A stretch of DNA of 64,000 nt from Haliotis rufescens (taxonomy: Eukaryota). How positions within the stretch are numbered: position 1 is the first letter of the stretch; each line of letters begins with the position of its first letter. Shown here piece by piece: positions 13,213 to 25,043 of this stretch. The position numbers and the translations under genes were made by a program. Location: positions 18,848,001-18,912,000 of the forward strand of contig NW_025963891.1 in NCBI RefSeq assembly GCF_023055435.1, read 5' to 3'. The notes beneath the pieces were generated by a model that was given only the letters and a program-made list of their open reading frames with translations, searched no databases and was not told where the DNA came from.

Positions 13213-16200
13213 ATCTGAATACAACACACAAACAACTCAGCATCAGAAAGAGCATGAATAATACTAATACAATAATGCATGAAGCGAATCAACGAGTGAA
13301 AATATTTATCATTAACATAATAAAATTTAATTTTTTAATCAACTTTACCAGTAATCAGGCAAAACATAGGGGTGACTATCAAGGCTATTTTAACTAATGC
13401 AATTGTCATGAAAGACTCATGATAGCAATGAATAAATAAAACACAAAACTGTAATCATGGTGAAACTATTGCAACAGTAATATTTCAAAACAGTGTTAAA
13501 AAATAGATATTAAAGTCCATTTTCTTTTCTGTCATAACCAGATAACCAGGGATGTTCAAATACAGTAAACTACAGTTATAAAAATCTCAATGGGACCGCT
13601 AATTACAGCTTCTTATAACCGTAGTTAGTTACAAGCATACATACAGCAGCAAACGGATGCGACCAAAAGACAGTTTGTTATATCCATCAGTACGTTATAA
13701 GCATGTCTGTTACGTATTAATATAGTTTATGGTACCAAAATTTCCGAAGGGCAGGTAAACTTGAATATTCTATTTGGCCAGTCTGATTTTCAACATGGCT
13801 CTTGAACAATTTGAGCTGTAGAAAGTAACTCCTGTTTATCACAATGCCGTGTATAAGCCAAGTTTTTTGTACCTAGAATGAGGGGGGGGGGGCATCGCTC
13901 TATACACAGTAAGAAGAGTTTTGATTATTTTTTCCCCTTACACAAAGAAACTAACGTGAGTATGCAAATTAATCTTGTAATGACACTGTCTGGTAATAAA
14001 AAGTGTTCATTCTGGACTTACATTTGTAACCTCTTTTATTATTTTTTTTCAAAATTTCATTCAATATTGATCACTATGATGAAACACAACGTTTTGGAGT
14101 ATATGCCTACTCCTTCGTTTGGTGAAGGAGTAAGCATATACACCGAAACACTGTGTTTCGTCATAATAAGGAAGTTGACATCCATAAATCCTCTTCCTTA
14201 TGTGTATCACTTCTAAATGCCTTTCAAAGACTTAATTTTGTTTATATTTATTTCGACGGTAGATTGCACAACTCAAAATTATTTACAGCAACAACGGTCA
14301 GATTACTGCCATTGACACCTTGAAATGACAGTTGGTGGACAGAGAATTATATATCATATGGACAATAGGCCATACACTATCCAGTAATAGAGATCAGCTG
14401 TACCAAAGTGCTGTGCTTAAGGTTATTAATATATTTCAAATATATATAGTAAAGTTGCTACTAAAATAAAATGATATTGGAATATATTATTCCTGATAAA
14501 ATAATAGTTTCGAACAAATCTTCCTATCACTGTATCAAAATTCTTAAAAGTTATATTATTGGGTATTTTTTAACCGAATCACCAGCAGATTCCGAGAAAA
14601 CATATGTACAGGTGATTGCTGCTTCCAGCTTCGTTTACGAGACAATAATCATGGTAATCTTAATCTCTGCATATAAAACAATGCCTAGCAAACTGGAAAT
14701 AATATTTTAACGGTAAATCATCATGTCTAGTGATGTTTTACCTCAAATTTCAATTTGTATTGGCCAAGTTTAATTGTTATCACCTGTTCATTTACCTGAA
14801 TTCGCTGAAGGGATGTAATCTAATTTTTTTCTGTGGAAGACAAACATGTTTTTATTTCAAATGTAGAGATTGTGTATGCGCTGGCAATGTTCTTCATTCC
14901 AAATTGCTTTATAGACAGGTCATAAAATTAGCATCGATTTTGAAGGCTTTTACATGTTGGTCGCTTCATAGACGGCAATATATACGGTAATCCTTATCAT
15001 CCTAAAAAGTTACAATAATGTATACATAGGACTGCACTGACTGATGTCCATTAATTTGACTATAAGACTTGTGCCAGTTTCAAAGGCAGGATGATTGTTG
15101 CCAGAGTAGTAATCAGGCTTACATGTACAACACTCAAATCAAGTGAGTAATTGCTACATTAAATAATCCAGTTCACAGACAGTAAAAGTCACTGGCTAGT
15201 GGCCACTCAGCTAAGGACTATGTGCACATGTTCAACAGCTGCTAAACACTACGACCCTCGCGTAATAGCTCCTCCTAACATTCTTTAAGTGTTTAAGCCA
15301 GAACAAAAAAAGGGAGATAACTCTGCAAGGTGCCTCAAAGGTCATCTCGACCAGCAATGGGAGGAATCCAGTCTTTGCTATGTAGGTGGCCCTGGTGCCC
15401 TTAAGGTATTCTGCAGTAGTATATAAACCAAGGGTCCCCTAAATTGTAACTTTAGGGTAATGACAAGGTCCCAATGACTTGATGCTTAGTTTTGAATGCT
15501 GGAAATCCTAATGGGAAGTAGTTCTGCCCCTGACTAAAGATAAGATCAGATAAGATACTTTATTATCATGAAGTAAATTTGGGTTACATTGTATAAGCAT
15601 AGAGAAACAAATAACAGGTTCAATTTTAAAGTCAAATACACAGACGCCAGGACCAAAGGACATCAAAGCACTAACAAGCACGAAATGAGTAAATGTCTTT
15701 AAAGGGAAGCATGTGAGGCATATAATCATAATGTAATCAAAAGTTGGGTAAACGTGGTAGATCAACACAAAAACATCACACGGTTTGATTGTTGAGCAAA
15801 TAAATACCGACTGGTACGAATGATTGATGGGTTCTGTTTGTTTGCATTTTCATCTTTTCGGCATGTGCAGTCGAATGACCAGAAGGTATAAGTTCATACT
15901 CCAAAAGAATACGAGCAAACTGTCATTTAAAATTATTTCCACCTCTTTTACAATTTCCTGCTTATAACACATGCTGATGTTGTGTGAAAGAAAGCCAATT
16001 ACTTTGTTACTATTCATAATATAACTGCCTTTGGGTTTGAAACAGACCAACCCCCATGCCAGCAATGGAAACTGAAAGTTAAAATACTTTAAAAGCAACG
16101 CAGAAAATACAGTGTTTGCTGGCCCTTTTTGTAAATACAATCAGCCGTGGCATTCCACAAAAGTTTGGAGTCAATAACGGTACATGGATATTTGTACTCA

Positions 16201-16709
16201 ATGATTTCAATTTCTCCATTATCTATGAACACATAATGAAAAGTGGATCTAATTTGGACGTATTTCTTAAGAAGTAAATTATGATTTCTTTAGTTTAGAC
16301 ACACTTTCTTGTGCTAACTGAAATTTCAAATTCATTCAAACGATGATTTGTTGAAAAAATCAGAGCAATTTTATAGTCTCCAAATGGAAGTAAATTACTA
16401 TTAAAGTTTAAACGAGTTGGAAGGAAATCAAAGACTGAGCATTTTATAGCATCTGGGCATAAATTTGAAACAAGCAGTCTCAAGTCCTGAAACACTAGCA
16501 GGGACATGACTGATCAGAATCCAGCAGACAAAAGGCTAATTTGCTGCTAAACATTTAAACCATGTCAACCATCCTTGCATAGAGTGTCAAGTAGATCCTC
16601 TACAACCATGATAACAAGTTAAAAACCTCTGGCATTTACGAGGAAGTAAATGTTTCATTACCATATACAGTGATGACAAGATACCATTATCATGATCAAC
16701 ATCAACACA

Positions 16710-16872
16710 GCAGCAGAAACTAACAGTTTTAGTCCACTAGTCCTTATACATGTTCTAATGATAACATACAGCAAAATCCTTAAAAATAGCATATTTCTTC
16801 TAGTTCTTATGATACCTTAACTAGTGGCGGTTTGGCAAGGACTACAGGACTAGTGCCAATTTCTAATACTGG
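16710..16872. mobile_element. Non-autonomous DNA element (CAG...CTG termini, ACTAGT subrepeats)
   Basis: Homologous in reverse orientation to 36512-36667. Short imperfect TIRs. Confidence 0.6.
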
Positions 16873-19800
16873 TAACATGATTAACTCACTCATCTTTTCA
16901 AGAAAGAAAACTCCCCTTTTGTTCATGGCATGTCAGGTTTATTGTGAAATAGGTGTGTTATGTAGGATACCACATTAATGGGAACTATCATTTTTAACCA
17001 ATGTGACACTTGTAAGAACCCGAGTACTTCCTGGAATAAGGCTCAAATTAACAACCAACAGATCAAAAGTGTTTGGCGAATGTAGATATCCTTTGAGCAC
17101 AGACCTGTCAAAACAGACCAATTAAGTTGGTCAAAACGCCCCATTTTCCTTGTCAAAACAGACCAAATATTTACAGATCATGTGTTGTTATATATTATAC
17201 AAAGTCTTCATAAAAAGGATTCTGAAAATATAAAATTAGCACAAAGAACCTCATTAATCATCTGTAGCATTACTAATTGCTTGAACAAAAAGTACTAGAT
17301 ACCAATTCTTGTTCTTGAATGTGCATCATATCAAATGTGCATTCTATAATTAAATTTTGTGGTCACATCCAGCAAAATAACAAGATTATCAGTATGTTTT
17401 CAAGTTACAAATATGATAAAGAGTTGTTGCAGTTAATTCTGGTTCACCAAATTGTAATGAAGTTCATAAGCATTCATTATGTTCACAATTTTCTTAATCA
17501 TGTTAATGAAGAATTTAACACATAACATGCTGAATGAACATAATCAGTATAGTATTCCTTATGCATTTGTGATTCTAATGATATAAGTTTTATTACAAAA
17601 TTCATCACATGAAGTTTGCAGTTGCCAATTGAAATTACCCTACTGTTTTGCATCATTTTTTTTAACATTTTCCCTTTCTAAGTCAAGATTACTGTTAATT
17701 TTTTTTCAAAAGTACATTAATACAAACATTATGAATGTATGTTACTATTTTTGTCTTTCTTCATGCAAGTTAATACTTTTTTGATAACAAAAAGGGGAAA
17801 AAAAATTAAAAACAGACCAAACTGAATTTCTACACAGAGTTATGGGAATTGAATTGCCGCGTGGGCAAGAGGCCACCCTAACTGATAATGTCTTATCCAG
17901 TTGAGAGTGTAAAATAAACCTTACACATGTTTATTTATCATAATATTTGCCATGTTTCAACAGACTGACCAATACGTTGATGATATACAATAGTCTACTC
18001 AATGAAAGATGACTACAAAGACTTAATTAAGAAACAAATCTTGGTCTTTTTCTGATATTTCACTGGTCTGATTCGAGCATTTTGACCATATAGGCTAGTC
18101 AGTATTGGCACAGATTCCGTTCTGACCAGTACCCCTTCAAGCTAACGAAATCCACATAATGATTTTGCATGAGACAAACGGCATGAGGACATTTGCATGT
18201 TTAACTACTGATAGGACATTTTTCTACATCCTTAAAAAATTCGGAAATAAATCTTCAGAACATTTAGATTGACGATCAGTCAATGTCCCAGACAACCAAA
18301 TTATTAAACCTAACCTGCCTCATATGCTATCGATCTAGGAGGTACATGCTAACACTATTATATTCAGGCTGACACTGTGTCATACTGACACTGTTTCATT
18401 TTCAAAATAGTAAAGTTTCATGCAAACCTCAAATAAATAGATCAGTACGTTTCAGCAATTATGTTATCATGGTTGTCTTAATTTTAGTAGAAAGATCCTT
18501 GGGGAAATTGATAATCAGTTATGTAAGTGCAATTGATTGTATACCTCCCTCTAACAAAGCTTTAATAGTTCATCCAGCATGGAACATGATCACTGATGGA
18601 ATTTGTAATAATTCATCATGCTGTGAACTAGCCTACCCTCACCATAAACACTACTATGCAGACAGCCATAACCAATTGTTCCCACGTTCTGCATGAAGCA
18701 TGGCACACTACAGTGAATTGTTGGCATTTCAGAGTAAGACGGTGAAACCCAAGACAAATCAAGTTAGCATTACCTCAGATATGAACTTTGTTGTTATCGA
18801 AGGTGCAGCTGTCAAAATGAAGATCGTTGAGCTCTGATCATATGCACGGTAGCAAACATTCTACTCGATTGACTGCAGTTGCAATCTTCTTATTCGTTTG
18901 ACATGCAGCTAGAGCTCTGATTATTACGGTACTGCCTTGCTTGGGGAATCAAATTACCCTTCCGGCGCTAATACAACTGCTCAACCTGTGCTAGTACGGT
19001 GTCTAGCAAAAAGAAAACAAATTTCATTCATCTCGGCAAGGGCGAGAATCCACGGGATGGCACGAGACAAGATTCGATAGTAATGGGAAGACAACTGTTG
19101 TTTAAAACTCCAATCGTTTCTCGTGTGTTTCACAGTTGCATCAGCCGGTAACTGGTTTACAATGATAAATCCCCGTTGTTATTATTGTCATTTGCTTTGT
19201 GCTAAATTGCTAGCTGATATTATGTAGGAGTGTTATTTTAATGAGATTAATTAGCGCAGGAACCTCATTATGATTCCATACTGTACAGTACTGTAGACCA
19301 CAATCAAACATACACACAAACCAAAAATGATAATGGAATGGCAGGCTCCACGTCAGAGAAACGGATCACGCCATGGATGTTTCTAACTAAACGGACTAAG
19401 GGACTGGTCATTTATTACTGGGGAGGGGGTGCGGTGAGATTTCCTATGCCATGCATTTTTTGTAAAAAATATAACTGACATTTTTTTCTCATGACAACCC
19501 CTTGAATCTCACCGCACCCCCACAACCCCAATCTTCTCCCCTGTGACAGATGACCAATCCCTAATGACAAAACTAAAATAAAAACTGAATTTTCTTTAGT
19601 TCGATCATGTTTTGTTTGTTTGTTTGATTAGCAAAATCCTGTCTCTATGACGGCGGTCTGTCAATAATCGAGTCTGGACCAGACAATCCGATGACTAACA
19701 TCATGAGCATCACTACACAATGGGGATAAGATGACATGCATCAACCATGTCAGTGAGCCTGAACACCCGATCCCCTTAGCCACCTCTTGCGTCAAGCATG

Positions 19801-20165
19801 GGTTGCTGAAGTCGTAATTAATACGCATCGTGCATTATAATTGTATAATAGCCTAGGTTAATTTACAGCCATGGGTTTTTTTTTATTTCCGTCCAAATTG
19901 AGCAGTTCTACATGAAATAGGGTATGTGTGTGGTTCAATCGATCTGGATGAAAAATATAATTGTTTTCAATCATTTAATTTGGAGCGGCAATGAAATCAG
20001 TCAGGCGCTATAGGTCGCCAATGCACTGGGCATTTTGTAATTAAGACCCGACCGATGTGGAATGGGGTTTAATCAGTCATGTTAATGTCGCATTCAAGAT
20101 CATTGCATTTATATAGCGACGTGTTGTGAGTGTATGTGTGTATGGTGGTGCTGGTGCTGGGGAGG

Positions 20166-20171
20166 GTGTGT

Positions 20172-20216
<45 letters not shown>
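20166..20216. repeat. (GT)n microsatellite followed by a ~30-nt poly-G run inside a SINE
   Basis: Directly visible in the sequence. Confidence 0.95.
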
Positions 20217-20217
<1 letters not shown>

Positions 20218-20715
20218 ACTTGTACTTGTCCTGACTATAATGCCGGTTTTAGCTCACCATGCCGCAGTAGCCTAACCAATCCGAATCTGGCACAGTAGAC
20301 TGACTTCAAGCCGAACAGTCCTTGATATATCTCCTCATTGCCGAGCGCCAGACGGGGTAACAACAAGTACCATCTTTCAACGTGTTTTGGTATGACGGAG
20401 ATTTCACCACCGACCTTCCCATGCTTCCGCTCGCCGGAAGAGGCGACTGAAGTGTGATACGTTACGGCATGACCTCATAGTGCACATCGTGACAGAGGGG
20501 AACCAAAACATTTGAAACGTGTCGGGGTGGCATATTCGAAAGAACCCACTCATCTGTTGGTAGATGAGCAGATGGTGGAAACAAGAATAAATACATACAC
20601 CCAAAATACAAGTGTCAAAACGTGTGCCACCCAGAGACCATATATCGGTATATGGTATCTATGCCACCCTAGGCAAGCGACGTAATACAAATGTGCCTTT
20701 GTTCACCCTGCAGGA

Positions 20716-20975
20716 TTTGTGTTGTTTGTTGTTCAACTCAGCAATATTCCAGCTATATGACAGAGGTCTGTCATTAATCGAGACTGGGCCAGACAATCCA
20801 GTGATTGGCATCATGTGCATCGATCCACGCAATTGGGATGCGAAGACATGCATCAACCAAGTCAGCGAGCCTGACCACCAAATCCCGTTAGTCGCCTCGT
20901 ACGACAAGCATAGTCACCTGTAACATCAGGTATGGGTTGCTGAAGACCTATTCTAACCCAGATCTTCACGGGTCC
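20716..20975 (-). mobile_element. Family D element nested in another dispersed repeat
   Basis: TSD CCCTGCAGGA on both sides. The host repeat (~20540-21200) is homologous in reverse orientation to ~41520-41880. Confidence 0.85.
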
Positions 20976-21236
20976 CCTGCAGGAAATATGTACCCGATAT
21001 GGGATGCAAAAACCTTCTAGCGGCTGTAGGCAGCATGGGTTGTATACTTCCCAGGGAGCTGAGAATGATAACTGGAATGCATGCGGATCCGCTGATCGGT
21101 GAACAAACATAGAAACAGCATTCGAGCAGAGATGTCTGGATACGTGCGGTATATAAATGTGTAATATCATAATAAGTGCGGCACACATACATCCACTCAG
21201 GAATCACCATTTTTGTGGTAGCATTATTGATATAAA

Positions 21237-21498
21237 GGACCCGTGAAGATCCGGGGTAGAATTGGTCTTCAGCCACACATGCTTGCCGTAAAAGACGACT
21301 ATGCTTGTCGTAAGAGGTGACTAACGGGATCGGGTGGTCAGGCTCACTGACTTTGTTGATGCATGTCATCGATCCCAATTGCGTGGACCGATGCTCATGA
21401 TATCAATCACTGGATTGTCTCGATTATTTTATAGACCGCCGTCATATAGCTGGAATATTGCTGAGTGCGGCGTTAAACAACAAACAAACCAAACCAAA
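21237..21498 (+). mobile_element. Family D element, representative copy
   Basis: GGACCCGTGAAGATCCGGGGTAGAA...GTCGTAAGAGGTGACTAACGGG...GGAATATTGCTGAGTGCGGCGTTAAAC(AAAC)n. Further copies on +: 23012-23282, 24071-24322, 26404-26669, 29964-30225, 37134-37386, 45539-45800. On -: 19610-19810, 31130-31345, 50672-50878, 51170-51435, 51594-51873. Fragments also present. Confidence 0.92.
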
Positions 21499-21899
21499 CT
21501 ACTGATATAAAGATACAGCCGTTATTGCGGATATAGTATATATGGCGGATGTTGAATGGCAAAGACTAATTGTCTGACGGGCACAATGACATATATGGCG
21601 ACGTCCAGTTCTCGTCAAATATGAATGCATGTCGACCCAGACGAAAGACTTGCGTGCACGTGTAAGAACAACATCAAAGCATGGTGTCAATAAAACCATC
21701 TAATCATCATGTGTGTTTAAAATCTCACCCGTGGCAGGGAAGTTGAATCCAAGGCAGGTTTCTACAGCAAGGACGTACTCCAGTGTTGACAGGAATGTGT
21801 AACGTTTCCGGGTTTCGCGCCTGTTGTGCAGCGTATGAACTCAGAATGCGCCTCTGTATAACATCAGGATATTTAAACTCAAAGGTTGGTTTCTTTTGG

Positions 21900-21970
21900 A
21901 AGTTGCTTCCGTCATAAACGTAAACTGACGTCACCCTACTTTCACTTTCAGTGGAATGTAAACAAACATG
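21900..21970 (-). promoter_or_regulatory. Candidate promoter/enhancer: CRE, ISRE-like and forkhead-like sites
   Basis: TGACGTCA at 21926-21933, GAAAGTGAAAGT (minus) at 21938-21949 and GTAAACAAACA at 21958-21968. These lie upstream, in minus orientation, of a GG|GTGAG donor at 21729. Confidence 0.4.
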
Positions 21971-22065
21971 AGGATTTATTTATTACTTTATTTATTGAAT
22001 TATATTAAAAACAACATGTATAAATATATATTGAAATATAAGAAATTATACCATAATGATTATGG

Positions 22066-22330
22066 TGAGTGAGTTTAGCTTAACGCCGCTTTGAACACTA
22101 TTCCGGTTTTATCACGGTGTGTCAGGTTAATGTGGGAGGAAAGCCCGAAGTGATGCAGGTCTCAGACGTTTACCACTTTACCCACGAGCACGGGTATGGT
22201 GCTGACAAACCTAGAAACGGGGCGAACCGGGATTTGAACCCGCAGAAATCGTAATATTTCTGGCGTGCCTAAGGGACGCAACTCCGCAAAGCGAATTGCG
22301 GCGACTTCGACGACTGGGCCATGGCTCCAT
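22066..22330 (-). mobile_element. tRNA-Leu-like SINE, family B
   Basis: Reverse complement of 23431-23705. Other minus-strand partial copies at 3865-4042, 4263-4460 and 47050-47235. Confidence 0.85.
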
Positions 22331-23430
22331 ACTGATCATAACCACAATAAACTTCAATTCATTCCGATGGAGTCATCGTCGTCCATGAAAAAATAGCAAA
22401 AGTCACCTGGTGATTCTAAACTGACCTCAATTACTAGCCTAGTGCCACTGCATATATACCAGTAAATAAGCTTGGCGTCTTCATGCATGAACTTGCTGCT
22501 TCCGGGTACAGGCGAGCTGTGACGAACGTTCGTATGGTTTATTGAATCAAGAAAGGTGAATATCGTTCAGGGCCATATTCAGCAATATTCAAGTTCTTTA
22601 TTCGAGTCAAGACAATGAAAACAACCAGTGATTGAAACATGCATCAACAGCGATCCACGCCATTGGGATACAATGCCATGATAGTCGAAAGACGACCCTT
22701 ACGAAAAATACAGATTTGTGGGAACTGATCTTATTCCGGAATCCCCAAGAGGCACGGGGAAAAGTGATACATGGGAAGTTGAACGGGGTGTAGGGTGGTG
22801 CTTCAGCTTCGTGAATGATGACTGGTGACATCATTTGAAACGCGTTGCCATCCGAAGACGACCCTTTTTGGAGACCTATATACCTGTATCATGTATATGC
22901 AGGTGTGGCCGTGTCTGGTACAGAAAGTGTTTTACAACTGAAGGAGATTAAATACACAGATGTCAGATATGCACATGCAGTCTAGTATACGGCGGTTTTT
23001 ACTCCATGTAAAACCCGTGAAGATCCGGGTTAGAGTAGGACTTCAGCAACCCATTCTTGCCGTAAAAGGTGACTATGCTTGTCGTACGAGACGACTAACG
23101 GCACCGGGTGGTCAGGCTCGCTGACTTGGTTGATGCATGTCATCGTATCCCAATTGCGTAGATCAATACCTACGATGTCAATCACTGAATTGTCTGATCC
23201 AGACTCGATTATTTACAGACCACCATCATATAAATAGCTGGAAATATTGCTGAGGGTGGCGTAAAACAACAAACAAACAAACTTACCCTATGTACACGTG
23301 CATGTGTGGGCCTTAGAGCGGCCCACTTCTTTTCTAATGTGGACACATCTTCAAGACAATAATTGTATCACTAGTGTAAGAATTATATCTGTGTTAACAT
23401 AACTATCACCTGCATGTCTGTTTAAAATCT

Positions 23431-23704
23431 GGGGGCACGGGTGGCCCAGTCGTCTAAGGCGCCGCGATTCGCTGTGCAGAGTTGCGTCCCTTGGGCACAC
23501 CAGAAACCTATGATTGTGGGTTCGAATCCCGGCTCGCCCGATTATGTTTCTAGGTTTGTCAGCATCATACCCGTGCTCGTGGGTTACACCGAAGTGGTAA
23601 ACGTCTGAGACCTGCATTACTTCGGGCTTTCCTCCCACATTAAGCTGACACGCCGTGATATAACTGTAATACTGTTAAAAGCGGCGTTAAACCCAACTCA
23701 CTCA
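23431..23704 (+). mobile_element. tRNA-Leu-like SINE, family B
   Basis: Head GGTGGCCCAGTCGTCTAAGGCGCC...GTGGGTTCGAATCCC resembles tRNA-Leu A/B boxes. (TCAC)n tail and TSD TGTTTAAAATCT. Other + copies at 27311-27579, 30446-30722 (TSD TTCTGATTAAAACA) and 40945-41220. Confidence 0.9.
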
Positions 23705-25043
23705 CTGTTTAAAATCTCACCCTGGATCAACCTTCTGCATGCTCCATTGGAATTATCATCCATTGGGTCCTTAATATTCACTTTCTTTACAAATTCAAAG
23801 AACAGTGGTGTAGTTGACATCTTTTTATTTCAGTAGAAAAAGCATGTTTGTGTACATATGTACTGTCCACTGTCTTATGTCTCTATTCTCAGATAATAGA
23901 ATGGATGTGTAATAAGCTGCATAATCAAGGGAGGAATATGTTTCAATATGACATGATGCCAGTATCAATAGAAGGCCTGATATAATATACATGGTACCTT
24001 GATAATAACCAAACTTCATCACCATTCATGTTCAGCTTTGTTAAATACGAGCGAGGTTTACGTCTGAGTGGACTCGTGAAGATCCGGGTAGAAAATAGGT
24101 TCTCCTCACCCCATGCTTGTTGTAAGAGGCGACTAACGGGATCGGGTGGTCAGGTTTCCTGACTTGGTTGATGCATGTCATCGTATCCCAATTGCGTGGA
24201 TCGAAGCTTATGATGTCAATCACTGGAGTGTCTGGTTCAGACTCGACTACTTCCAGACCGCCGTCATATAGCTGGAATATTGCTGAGTGCGGCGTTAAAC
24301 AACAAATAAACAAACAAACAAACGAGTGAGTGGGTGGCTTGAATCTCCATCACAGCATGTCGATGCCTTATCAAGACGCCGAGCTCGAGCTCTTTGATCC
24401 TGTCTTCATCAGTCAGTTTCATTTAGCATGATACTGTCGTCATATCAACTCAATCAGAAGCTCTTTACCTAACACTATGTCTATACTAACAAACTGTTGA
24501 CTTACATTTAATCTGCCAAATGGTCATTGTCACGCTTACTTTACGTGTAAGTAGTAAAGAGGAAAATTGGAGTACCGCCGCTTTTGCAGAATACGACTAT
24601 CACAGCAAGGTATCCTCCAGGCAGGGTCTTTACACAATGAAACTAACGCCAATGTGAGAAGTCGGGCCACGCACGCAGTCGTCCCATTCGGCATGACGCA
24701 TACTCTTAAACCTTGCACTTGGTTACCACAACACAGGAGAGTGAATGAGTGAGTGATGTTCTACGCCGCTTTTAGCAAAATTCCAGCAATATCACGACAG
24801 GGAACACCCGAAATGGGCTTCACACATTGTACCCCATTTGGGAATCGAACCCGGGTCCTTGGCGTGACGAGCGAACGCTCTAACCACTAGGCTACCCCAC
24901 CGCCCATAACACAGAAGACAGCGGACTCCAATACAATCTAAGAATTGAGTAGCCACGTGTATGGGCGGGACATAATTAGCCAACATTTATAAATAATTCT
25001 AACATATGTACTACGGAAGCTATAGTGTGTCAACACAGATTCT

